Source: Paramicrosporidium saccamoebae KSL3 (Eukaryota; Fungi; Cryptomycota). Taken from it: DNA of 32,000 nucleotides. The DNA lies in the NCBI GenBank assembly GCA_002794465.1, contig MTSL01000126.1, positions 67,160-99,159 on the forward strand, in the 5' to 3' direction. The notes below the pieces were generated by a model, which was given only the letters and a program-made list of their open reading frames with translations, was not told where the DNA came from and made no database searches. A program made the translations under genes and the position numbers. Below, piece by piece: positions 7,170 to 17,291 of this stretch. Within the stretch, counting starts at the first letter, position 1; each line of letters begins with the position of its first letter.

Positions 7170-10100
7170 ATGGTACCTATTGACCATGTGCGGTCGGGCA
7201 CAGACCTACAGGTGGGAAAGCCTACCCTTAAGGAGGTATGCATATGGAAAGTGGGGTAGAATGTAGGGCTCGCACATCTGGGTGTCTGATGAGCATGAAA
7301 GCTGGCTGGCAGCAACCGTGCTCTCTACGACCATGGTGGAATTGGAGGAGAGTGGAAAAGTTTCCTGCTGTATCAGTTATTTACGCTTGTAGGAACGAGA
7401 GCTCTTGCCAAAAGACACAGTCTTGCCGCGCAATACGACACTGGGGGAGGAGCGAATTGACGATCTCACGGGACTCGCCTTTCTCCACGAAGCTTCTGGT
7501 ACACTGTGTGCTGGCTAGACTTACTTTAGTGCTGAGTACAATAAGAAGCCGCTATGCTAATGGAAGCATATACACGTATTCGGGGATAGTCCTGACCGCT
7601 GTGAATCCTTACTGTCGACAGCCAATCTATGAACGCGAAGTTATCTGGGCGTACAATGAGCAACGCCGCGAGGAATTGGCACCACACCTGTTTGCCATTG
7701 CAGAGGATGCCCTAAGGTCGCTCTGCATTCACGGAACCAGTCAATCCATCATTGTGAGCGGCGAATCGGGGGCCGGCAAGACAATCAGTGCAAAATACAT
7801 TATGCGATACTTTGCCGAAGTGTGTGCAGTTGGGACACCGTCCCTGCAGTCCACAGAACATTTGCGGAAGGCTACAGTAGAGGACCGCGTGCTCGCTACC
7901 AATCCCATTCTGGAAGCGTTTGGCAATGCCAAGACTATCCGCAATGATAACAGTTCCCGATTTGGCAAGTATGTACAAATATTGTTCAATGAGACAAATC
8001 TCATATCGGGAGCGGCCATCAAGACGTATCTTTTGGAAAAGACGCGAGTTGTCGTGCAAGCAGAAGATGAGAGGAACTTTCACATTTTTTACCAGCTACT
8101 TGCTGGATGTCCAGAAGCAGAGAGGAGTGAGCTTGGCTTGACAAAATGGTCCGATTTTCATTATCTGGCCAGCTGTGGCACCATTGACGGTATTGATGAC
8201 TTGGAAGAGTTTGGCCTGACCAAGAATGCGATGGGGATTGCTGGATTCTCTGAAGAGCAGCAATGGAAGATTTTCAAGATACTTGCAGCCATTCTGCATC
8301 TTGGAAATGTAGATTTTGATGAAGACGGCGATGGTCATGCCAGCATAAGGGCCGAGCGCGTGACTGCACTGACAACTGCCTGCGAGCTCCTTGGGATTGT
8401 TGATCTTGGAGCCCACCTTGTTAAGAGAAAGATTGTTGCTGCACACGAAGTTGTGGATGCCTTTAATAGCCGTGTGCAGGCTTTGGCAGCTCGAGACTCG
8501 TTGGCAAAATATCTTTACTCGGCACTGTTTACTCATATTGTGGACGGACTCAATGCAAATCTCTCTCCCAGTGAAGAATGCGAAAAGTTTATCGGCGTCC
8601 TGGACATTTACGGCTTTGAAAAATTCACCATAAACTCTTTTGAGCAATTCTGCATCAATTATGCAAATGAAAAACTGCAGAATTTGTTTAACAAGCATGT
8701 TTTTGATTTGGAACAAAAGCTGTACACGGACGAAGGGATTGATTGGTCATTTGTAAAGTTTTATGATAATCAGGTTTGTATTGACCTGATCGAATCTAAA
8801 CTTGGTGTGCTTGATCTTTTGGATGAAGAGTGTCGCTTCCCGAATGGGTCGGATGCTTCTTTTGTAACCAAGCTGTATGATAAACATGCCAAGGCCGAGA
8901 CGGGCGAGTTTCTGCTGCGTCCCAAAATTTCTGTGGACGGACAATTTACAGTGAAGCATTTTGCCTATGATGTTGATTATATGTCGCATGGCTTTATTGA
9001 AAAGAATCGCGACCAAGTCCCGACAGACTTGCTAGAATTTGTTAGCAACTCTTCCAATGACTTTGTCCGCTCCTTACTAGCGCCTGGTGTCAACGCTCTA
9101 GCCGCCAGTAGGGAGAATCTCAAGGGAAGGGAAGTAAAGTTGTCTACAGGAATGGCCTTTAAGGCTAGTCTCGGCAACTTGATGGACGTCATCTCCTCTA
9201 CCCGTTCACACTACATCCGATGTATCAAACCCAACGAACAAAAGGAAGCAATGCTATTTGATGCGCCATTCGTGGTTCAGCAGCTGCGAGCGTGTGGAAT
9301 TTTAGAGACAGTGAGAATTAGTTCGGCGGGATATCCAGGTCGCTGGCCGTTTGCAGAGTTTTTGGAGCGCTTCAGATTACTTGCTGCCGATCCTTGCTGC
9401 CTTTCAGAAATCGCTGATCCGCGCACGGCATGTCTGCAGCTGCTTGGAGAGTTTAAAATGTCACCGGACCAATTCCAAGTGGGAAAGACTCGCGTTTTCA
9501 TGCGATCTGGGGTGCTGGCTGCCTTGGAGGAAGCACGGACAACAAAATTGATACTTTCCGCCACGCGGATACAAAGCGTGGTCAGGAGCGCATTGGCAGT
9601 TGCAGAAATGAAAAAGAAGGTTCAATCGGCCGGTATCGTTATTACTGTGATTCGGAGGCTATTTGGATGGACCGTGTATCAAAAGTTGGCAAAAGAACGA
9701 GCTTCATATAAGATTGTTACCGTATACTCTCGATTTGCCGCAAAAAGGCTGCTGCGTTCTGCTCAAAAGGCTTTGAGTGTAATTGTGGCCGTGCATCTCC
9801 GATTTGTTGCGCGGATGGCATCCAAAGAGCTGCACAAGACGAATGCAAGCGGCACCGTAGTAACAATAGTACGCTGCTACTTGGCCCAGCGGTCGTATCT
9901 TGCACAGGTGCTGATTGCACTGGCAGTACAATCTCGATATCGACGAAATATTGCCTGGACACAGCTGCTCAAGTACAAGGAAGAGGCTAGGTCGGTGGAG
10001 CATTTCAAGGAAACGTCGGAAATGCTGCACCAGAAGATTGCGGATCTGACACTACAACTAAAGCTTGCCGACGAACACTTGTCTTATGAGCGGGGTGTAA

Positions 10101-11919
10101 ATGCCCGGCTTCAAGAAGAACAACGGACTAGCGACACTGCCGCGGTGCACTTGGATGAGGTAACTGCCTTGCGGGCCGAATTTGAAGAGAGGATCGAGTC
10201 ATTTGAAAAGATGATTGAGAGTCTTGAGATTGCAAATAGCGAGCTATTTGAACGAAACGAAGAATTGACAAGGCAGCTTTGTGCATATAGACTGGAGAAG
10301 ACGAATGCTGGCCGTCTTCCTAGCCACAATCAGTCGCTGGCCAATATTATTTTAAGAGACACTGACACACCGCCGAGGAGTATGAGACATATGAGGGTGC
10401 TCTCATATGATTCCAAGATTGGCATGTTGAGCGAGCTGAATTTGCCAGAAATTACCCGACCGGCAATGATTCAAGCGACCAGTTCTGACCAGGTAATCAG
10501 CTGTTGATGGAGATTGTTAATTGATTATAGGAGGACTTGCGGAACGCCTTGGATGATCCAGGGTGTCTGGCGGAATTGCTGCAGGTTGTGGAGACTGCCC
10601 GGATTCCCAAGACGCCAGATGAGCGGGCCATGAAAAGTCTGGCCCGTATTCCGTGTAGAATATTCGAGCGGTGGATTTCGAGTTGGCTGAAAGTTGGATC
10701 CAGCCCAGAATTGGTCAAATCGTATCTGGACCGGGTGTTGAGTCACATCAAGTTGAATTGCATAGCTGTCCATGATAATTTTGTTATGAATGGAAGACGA
10801 GGCACTACGTCGACTAGTACGGTGGGGATTAGTGCCGACAGAAAGTTGGCATTTTGGATAGCAAACCTGTTTGATTTCCTGTGCTTCTTGCAATGGGCAG
10901 TGTCCGACTTGAATGATAGTGATCAGACGCCTACTGATGGGCAATTATCACAGAACATGCTGGTGCTATTGCAGCTAAGGACAGATGTGGCCCGGGTAAT
11001 TGAGGAATTGTACCGGGCATGGATGACGGATTTATTTCGCTTTTATTCACGACTTGGGATTGCCGCCTTACTGGATCATCAGGGTCTCACGGGTTTCACC
11101 TCTGAGCAAAATGGAAGGACCGAGCCGCAATCATCGCTAAAGATGCTCATGTTACCCTTTGCCAGAGCCATTGCTGGCGAGTTGGGTGTCACGGGAAAGA
11201 GAGGCGCTGGGATTGATGACTTGGTAGCGGCACTGGAAGAACTCGCCGATGCCATGGAATCATGCCATCTTCAAGCGGAAATTGTGATCCAACTGCTCTC
11301 CTCGGTGATTAGCAATTTCTGTTCGGCCGCATTTAACCAGATTCTGCTGAGGAAGAATTATGCCTCTTGGAAAAGGGGCATCCAGATCCAGTACAATTTG
11401 AGTCGGCTCGAGGAATGGGCCAACACGCTTCAAGCCAAACATCCAGGCTACTTTTTCTCGCCTTCCACTCTTCCAAGTCCCACCAGCCATTCAAACGTTG
11501 CAGCTACCACCACCTCTCCTCTCCTCCAGATCGAGCCGCTCATCCAGGCGGTAAAGCTATTGCAGCTGGCAAAGACACGAGTCGCCTCTGATTTGGATGT
11601 GCTCCTCGAGGCCTGTCCCAAGCTGAACGTGGTGCAAATCAGAAAGATTCTGGCTGTCTATGTTCCCGATGTGTATGAAGACGGTCCTGTCTCTCCCGAA
11701 GTGCTTCGTGGCCTGACGATGCGTGTCCACCAACAACAATACGAGGACAAAGATAGGGAGCAATTGGTCGAAACATTACCCGAATTACAGCCACAAAACT
11801 TGCCGCTCCAACTGTCGATTAAGCCGGTGGAACCAGTGTGCTTCTCGGCGATACCCACTGCGGCGGTGCCCCCACATTTATGGAAGATATTTGCACTTGT
11901 TGACTCGAATCTATTATGA
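7170..11919 (+). CDS. MYO2: Class V myosin, 5 exons (7170-7235, 7267-7359, 7393-7498, 7530-10492, 10531-11919)
   Basis: Splicing out introns of 31, 33, 31 and 38 nt restores the SH3-like start (GSHIWVSDEHESW) and DDLTGLAFLHEASVL. P-loop GESGAGKT, switch I NDNSSRFGK, switch II LDIYGFE, six IQ-like repeats with 23/25 spacing, coiled coil, DIL domain (SWKRGIQIQYNLSRLEEW). Confidence 0.93.
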
Positions 11920-11962
11920 GTGGGCAACTTGGATTGATAAAGCATCAGATCACCAGAGAACT

Positions 11963-11994
11963 AGAACACCAGAACACTAGAACAGCAGAACACC
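11963..11994. repeat. Short 8-bp tandem repeat (AGAACACY-like, 4 copies) downstream of the myosin stop
   Basis: AGAACACC AGAACACT AGAACAGC AGAACACC. Confidence 0.5.
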
Positions 11995-12139
11995 AGGTCA
12001 TTAGAGCGCTAGAAAATAAATGCACCCTCTGGGACGCAGTGTATATTATCGGCTACGTCTAGTCTACTAAAGGGGTTCTGCTATTTCTATAGATAATCAT
12101 GTTACGTGGGAGGCGCACTATTGACATTCCAAAACTTTA

Positions 12140-12724
12140 TTAGCTCCAAGGACAAAAATACTGATCAGGAAGCTTAACACCCGATCGGGCAAATGCATCT
12201 AGAAGGATTTTGTTTTCTTGCTGAAGACGTTCTCGGTCAGCCCTTAACGCCTCGACTTCGGATTGGAGAGCCGAGATAAGGTTGCTACGCTTAGCTCGAC
12301 ACCTCTCAGCCGCCAACCGATTTCTCTCCCTCTTCATCTCGACATTCTCCTCGATACGTCTTCGGGGTGCAGTTGCTGGCTGCGCGGCCTTGGAACGCAT
12401 AGAAGGTACAGGGAGCAAGGGGGGCTGTTGGACAGCAACACTCTGAGCAGCGGCCTGGGAATCAGGGACGGCTGCCCTTGACATTAGCATGCGCGAAGGG
12501 TTGGAAGGATCAACAAAAAAGTCCAAAATCTCTTCAACAATGGTGCCCGACTGAGAACTCTCGCAGCTGGCATCTTCCATAACATATTCATCTCTGTGGA
12601 GAAACGGCATGTCAAAAAAGTGGCTACTGAAGAGCTCCGGGAGTGGCTTTCCAATAAAGTCTTCGAGAACTGTAGGTCTTGGGGTCGGAAAGGCAGAAGT
12701 TATAGTACTTATCATAGCTGTCAT
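12140..12724 (-). CDS. bZIP transcription factor (AP-1/ATF-like basic region), 194 aa
   Basis: KRERNRLAAERCRAKR has the N-x7-R signature and is followed by a leucine zipper (LISALQSEVEALRADRERLQQENKIL). The N-terminal part is acidic and hydrophobic, like an activation domain. Confidence 0.9.
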   Translation of the reverse strand: MTAMISTITSAFPTPRPTVLEDFIGKPLPELFSSHFFDMPFLHRDEYVMEDASCESSQSGTIVEEILDFFVDPSNPSRMLMSRAAVPDSQAAAQSVAVQQPPLLPVPSMRSKAAQPATAPRRRIEENVEMKRERNRLAAERCRAKRSNLISALQSEVEALRADRERLQQENKILLDAFARSGVKLPDQYFCPWS

Positions 12725-12750
12725 AGGGTAATAGTTGTAGTAGAGTAGGG

Positions 12751-12759
12751 TTAAAACAT
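12751..12759 (-). promoter_or_regulatory. uORF2 (ATG TTT TAA, M-F-stop) in the putative bZIP 5' leader
   Basis: Reverse complement of TTAAAACAT; A at -3; ends 26 nt before the main ATG. Confidence 0.55.
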
Positions 12760-12800
12760 TTTGGAGGCTTTAAAAGGCGGCGTGGCCGGTGGATGGATAG

Positions 12801-12812
12801 TTATTGTGACAT
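12801..12812 (-). promoter_or_regulatory. uORF1 (ATG TCA CAA TAA, M-S-Q-stop) in the putative bZIP 5' leader
   Basis: Reverse complement of TTATTGTGACAT; A at -3; lies downstream of TATA-like ATAAATAG (12860-12853). Confidence 0.55.
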
Positions 12813-12885
12813 GATGAGTGAGGGAAAGCCGGTTGAAGTGACCCTGGTGTTGCTATTTATTGACCGCCGATGACCATGTTGTCGA

Positions 12886-12894
12886 ATGAGTCAT
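12886..12894. promoter_or_regulatory. Perfect AP-1/Gcn4-type site ATGA(C/G)TCAT upstream of the bZIP gene
   Basis: ATGAGTCAT lies between a CCAAT box (12912-12916, minus strand) and a TATA-like element, about 160 bp upstream of the ATG. Confidence 0.6.
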
Positions 12895-12984
12895 ACCATC
12901 CGCAGCATTTGATTGGTCAACTGTTTGTTGTCGAGTGATATTCCTATTGAAGGGAATATGAGTGTATTGTGAACGTAGGTATCT

Positions 12985-13334
12985 GGGTTATGAGACGTGG
13001 ATTGTGAGACGTGGATTATGAGACGTGAGTTATGAGGCGTGGACTATGAGGCGTGGACTATGAGGCGTGAATTATGAGGTGTGAATTATGAGACGTGAAT
13101 TATGAGGTGTGAATTATGGGACGTGAATTATGAGGCGTGAATTATGGGGTACGAATTATGGGGTACGAATTATGAAACCGGGACTATGAGACCTGGATTG
13201 TGAAATCGGGACTATGAGACGTGGATTGTGAAATCGGGACTATGGGACGTGGATTATGAAACCGGGACTATGGGACGTGAATTATAAAATCGGGACTATG
13301 AGACGTGAATTATAAAATCGGGACTATAGGATCT
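12985..13334. repeat. 14-bp minisatellite, 25 copies, with a 28-bp higher-order repeat in the right half
   Basis: Units such as GAATTATGAGACGT and GGACTATGAGACGT. From 13167 to 13334 the units alternate ...GAAATCG and ...GAGACGT (6 dimers). Confidence 0.95.
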
Positions 13335-13538
13335 GTATTTTAAAAGATATATATCCCACGTGATTTAATAGACACCTTTTTGCCAACTTTGGTGGATCGA
13401 TCATGATAGCTCTTGATTTAGTACAATCGTCCGTATCTGCAGTTGTACTGAAAAAGTATACAATGTATTTCCTTTTTAGGGATGATTGGGGGCAGGACTT
13501 TTATCACAAATACCTTTCAGGGTATTGCGCGCTGTCGA

Positions 13539-14170
13539 ATGATATCCGGTACGAATAGTTTGGCGAGCTTCAGCTTGTAGGCTCTCTGGCGTCGACTAAG
13601 CCCTTGATTGTCATTTCTGGGCCCTCCGGTAGTGGTAAATCGACCCTGCTGAAACGGTTGGTGCAAGAACACCCGGGTGTTTTTGGATACAGCACATCCC
13701 ACACGACGCGCTCTCCACGACCTGGTGAAGAGGATGGTCGTGAATACCATTTTGTGACTCGCTCCGAATTCCAGAATCTCTGTGACAGAGGAACCTTTCT
13801 CGAATGGGCCGAATTCTCCAAGAACCTCTACGGAACCTCTATCAATTCAGTGCGCAAAATAGTGGAAGCTGGTCAAATGTGCATTATGGACATTGATTTG
13901 CAAGGAGTGCACTCTGTGAAAAATGCTGCAAAGGACCTTTGTCCGCGTTTCATCTTTATTAAACCACCCAGTTTTGAGGAGCTGCGCGCTCGTCTCCAGG
14001 CGCGCAGCACGGAAACTGACGAATCACTGGCAATTAGACTCAAGACTGCGGAAAGTGAGATGCGCTATGCTGACGAAAATCCGGGTTTCCATGATTTTGT
14101 CGTTGTGAATGACAACCTTGAACAGGCCTATAAGAATCTGAAAGTGGCAATCTTTGGCAAAGCTGATTAG
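13539..14170 (+). CDS. GUK1: Guanylate kinase, 2 exons (13539-13548, 13581-14170)
   Basis: P-loop GPSGSGKST; SHTTRSPRPGEEDGREYHFV; FLEWAEFSKNLYGTS; MDIDLQG. A 32-nt intron (13549-13580) supplies the ATG. Confidence 0.93.
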
Positions 14171-14312
14171 ATTGAGGTTTAGTTATAAATTTCGTCTCCC
14201 GCCGCCATGTGTATATGTAAGGTGGGTAAATGATCAGCTTGTTAATATCTGTCCAAAGTATAAAAGGATGGATCCTCTAGTACATTTACGTCTTTATACA
14301 CTGCCACTATGC

Positions 14313-14340
14313 TGGTACTAAACAATTTCCTGTCGCCCAT
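14313..14340. repeat. Dispersed 28-bp intergenic motif, copy 1
   Basis: TGGTACTAAACAATTTCCTGTCGCCCAT; 26/28 identical to 31719-31746. Confidence 0.75.
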
Positions 14341-14506
14341 TTATTTTGACACCGCGGCCAACGACTAAAAAGTAGAGATTGGCAGCCCAGAAATTTGGGA
14401 TCCAAAGTTTCATCGCCTAAAGATCAATAGTTACCCCTAAGATCTGTAGCTACTCCTAAATCCGCCTGTGGGTATAAATACCCGGATATTTCGGGTTGCC
14501 ATAAAG

Positions 14507-15550
14507 ATGAATTGGACTTTTTGGATATTTTTGACAGCTTCTCTGGTTTATGCGTCATGCCAGCAATACATTTTCCCATGGATTGCCAACAGCAGACAGT
14601 TGAACATTACACGCTCCTTCCTCCGATCGAATTGTTCTGCGCTGTTTAATTCAACCCTGAGTTCTTTGAACACGACCGATGGACTCAATATTACATTGTT
14701 TGCTCCTACTGATGAGGCATGGAGGGGTACTTTTAACATGACTGATTTCACTGGATTCGAAAACCTGAACTGCTCTGACACTAATGTCACTGATTGTCCG
14801 CGTCTGTTGTCTGGAAATTTGTCAGCATTGCGTGTCGAGGATGTGGCATCATGCATTCCCTTGATGGCAGCGTATCATCTTGTGAATGGGACCTATAGCA
14901 ACCTTTATAACTGCACCGACTCTATGAACATTACAGTTATCCCATCGGCCTTGAACATGACCTACGATCACAGCTACCAAGGAGTCAATATGTCACAAGT
15001 CATCATTTCACACGTGACCCCCGACGAAGCGCATGTGCATAGTGGAGGAAATAGTACTGCCTACGTCACTAATGCGTATCCTGCTCGTGATGGGCATGTC
15101 TATCTAATTGACCGGGTGCTCATCCCTCCATTGTTCTTGAATTACACTTTGAATGCGTTTAACATTTCCCAACCGCTGAATACAACAGAAATGTTGGGTG
15201 GAAACCAAACGTTTACCGTCTTTTTGCCGATAAACCAGGCAAACACTACCCTACCATCTAACGCTACCTCTTACGTCCTTCCGCAACTATTCTATCTCAA
15301 TCAAACAGAGCCGACGACAGTAAATCTTACTGCTCTGAATGGAAATCAGATTATGCTCAGTGTGCAGCAAAATAATACGGTTACCTTGAACGGAAATGTA
15401 ACGGTTGTTCGAGGGAATATCCCACTTGTCAATGGTGTTCTCCATCTGGTGAATGACACTCTTGGAGCGGCCAATATCTCCAATACTGCGGCTGCCTACG
15501 CGTTACGTCAGAATATGAATCATTGGCGTCACTGGATCCATAATCATTAA
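14507..15550 (+). CDS. Secreted fasciclin (FAS1)-domain glycoprotein, two FAS1-like repeats
   Basis: TATAAATA at 14473-14480; signal MNWTFWIFLTASLVYAS; FAS1 motifs TLFAPTDEAW, YHLV, GHVYLIDRVLIPP, TVFLP and NGVLHLVNDTL; about 27 N-x-S/T sequons. Confidence 0.88.
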   Translation: MNWTFWIFLTASLVYASCQQYIFPWIANSRQLNITRSFLRSNCSALFNSTLSSLNTTDGLNITLFAPTDEAWRGTFNMTDFTGFENLNCSDTNVTDCPRLLSGNLSALRVEDVASCIPLMAAYHLVNGTYSNLYNCTDSMNITVIPSALNMTYDHSYQGVNMSQVIISHVTPDEAHVHSGGNSTAYVTNAYPARDGHVYLIDRVLIPPLFLNYTLNAFNISQPLNTTEMLGGNQTFTVFLPINQANTTLPSNATSYVLPQLFYLNQTEPTTVNLTALNGNQIMLSVQQNNTVTLNGNVTVVRGNIPLVNGVLHLVNDTLGAANISNTAAAYALRQNMNHWRHWIHNH

Positions 15551-15621
15551 ATTTGATCTGCCAATAAATTTGCCGGTGCATTGGGACTGACTAGAGTTTA
15601 TAAGACAAGTAACACGATTGT

Positions 15622-15657
15622 CGCGTAGTGGGGATAAATAGTATGGACTGTCAGGCG
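15622..15657. repeat. 36-bp perfectly duplicated non-coding element, copy A
   Basis: CGCGTAGTGGGGATAAATAGTATGGACTGTCAGGCG; identical to 16516-16551. Confidence 0.9.
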
Positions 15658-15872
15658 GGAAGAGACGAGATGGGACGAGAAGAGAATTTATTCAGTCAAT
15701 CCAACGACCCATTTATAGTCTCACAAATAACATTATCCTTCATCGATTGTTCTGATTATCCCTTCTCCAAACTAGGGAGCTATCCTCAAATACCCAACTA
15801 ATCAGTCTTCTACATCACAAAATGATGGGCAACGATAGTACAGTTTATTTTCCAATAGTACGCCATTTTAGT

Positions 15873-16328
15873 TCATCCTTCTACCTCTTCATAGTATTGG
15901 TAGTCAATGCGGACAGCTGCACAACCAGGATTAAGAGACTCAGGATCCGTCACTGTAATCGTAATGGTATATGTGCCGGTATCCAGTGGAAGGTAGGCAC
16001 TGGACCATACTCCCGGTGTAGTGTAAGCCATGTTTGCGTCAATAACTTGCGAAAAGCCGGGAGTAGGTGGATGGGGTGTTGAGCTCGTCATCCGAAGCAC
16101 AGAATCGACATAGATATTATAAATATCGCCGGGCTGGAACAGGTCAGTCAATTTAAGGTATCCTGGGCGACCAAGTGTGACTGAAATGATGGGACTCGCA
16201 TTTGGAGCGCCGCCGTCGGCGGTAAGAATCCATCCTTGCCCGACTGTGTAAGCAAGAAGAGGTGTGCTAGAGGTCGTGACGCCAAAGAACAGGGTCACGA
16301 GTATAGCTACAAGACCAACAAACTTCAT
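15873..16328 (-). CDS. Secreted beta-rich domain protein, paralog P1
   Basis: ATG 16328 gives signal MKFVGLVAILVTLFFGVTTS; family motifs GQGW, TDLFQPGDIY, WSSAY, GTYTITI, VRIDY. Confidence 0.8.
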   Translation of the reverse strand: MKFVGLVAILVTLFFGVTTSSTPLLAYTVGQGWILTADGGAPNASPIISVTLGRPGYLKLTDLFQPGDIYNIYVDSVLRMTSSTPHPPTPGFSQVIDANMAYTTPGVWSSAYLPLDTGTYTITITVTDPESLNPGCAAVRIDYQYYEEVEG

Positions 16329-16515
16329 CAGCAGGGATGGGCGCGATTCCGGGTCTTGTTGTTTACGACTGTTAATCACTTCCACATCGGGCCATGTCTC
16401 TGCATGTACCCTGTCTATAATATGACATACGAATGAATGTCCTGCCCTGTGGTCTTTACGACTTTAAATGGGCCTTTACACTCCCAGTTTTGAATATTGG
16501 ACTGCTTATAACTGC

Positions 16516-16551
16516 CGCGTAGTGGGGATAAATAGTATGGACTGTCAGGCG
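16516..16551. repeat. 36-bp perfectly duplicated non-coding element, copy B
   Basis: Identical to 15622-15657; followed by further shared blocks (AATCCAA, TTATAGTCTC, TCCTCAAATA, CCAAACTA). Confidence 0.9.
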
Positions 16552-16695
16552 AGAAGAGAGCCCGTTCATTTTTAATCCAATAGCCCTTTTATAGTCTCCC
16601 AAGTGGTATAGTAATAGTCCTCAAATAACCAGCAACTAGGTCTTTTCCAAACTAATCAACCCTCTGCCTCTACGTCACATAACCATCGACACTAC

Positions 16696-17112
16696 TTATA
16701 TTGAATAGTCATTATCAATGCGAAGCCAGGCGCCGGCATCAACATAGCCTACCGAATTCACCTGCACCGTGACAGAATAATCCCCAGGACCAATTAGGAA
16801 TTGAGCCTTTGACCATCCCAGCGGAGTTGACAAGGCCACCTCGGGATCGAGAGTGGTAGAGTTTGCAGGCTGGGGGTTGGGAACGCTTGTTGTGGCAAGA
16901 GGGGTGGAATTGTCATAGAGAGTATACGTATCACCCATCTCTCCAGTGTCGGCAATGGAAAGGATGACCGAGTAAGCGCTGCTCCAAGCAAAGGTTTCTG
17001 AAGCAAAACTTCCAGCACCTGAAAACGAAAGCTGGCGCCACCCATCTCCAATCGGTTCTGCTGCCATTAGTCCTACGAGACTTAGAATGATGACTTTTTG
17101 AATTGCTAGCAT
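16696..17112 (-). CDS. Secreted beta-rich domain protein, paralog P2
   Basis: ATG 17112 gives signal MLAIQKVIILSLVGLMAA; GDGW, ADTGEMGDTY, DPEVA, WSKAQF, GDYSVTV, LRID. Confidence 0.8.
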   Translation of the reverse strand: MLAIQKVIILSLVGLMAAEPIGDGWRQLSFSGAGSFASETFAWSSAYSVILSIADTGEMGDTYTLYDNSTPLATTSVPNPQPANSTTLDPEVALSTPLGWSKAQFLIGPGDYSVTVQVNSVGYVDAGAWLRIDNDYSI

Positions 17113-17291
17113 GGATTGGTGGTGATATGAGGGACACTCGGGGTCAAATATAGGCAATTGAGTGGCTGCAGAGATGGGCGCCGTCAAGTTTGTTTACTAA
17201 TTCTACGACCTTACTAATCGAGAATTTATTGTCCGAATCAGGACGGAATGGGGTTTGCATATTATTGTCAGCCATTTACCAGTCGTCGGGA

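Noticed and set aside
7238-7529. N-terminal ~97 aa of the 1089-aa ORF (MHMESGVEC...)
   Set aside because: It is read-through of introns and out-of-frame exons; the spliced frame gives the canonical myosin N-terminus.
12853-12908. Additional short upstream ORFs (ATGs at 12877, 12894, 12899, 12908) before the bZIP gene
   Set aside because: They start upstream of the TATA-like element, so they are probably not transcribed; they would count only if the TSS maps further upstream.
15622-15640. GTAGTGGGG resemblance of the 36-bp element to the 3' end of U1 snRNA
   Set aside because: There is no 5' ATACTTACC, no Sm site and no U1 stem-loops nearby.
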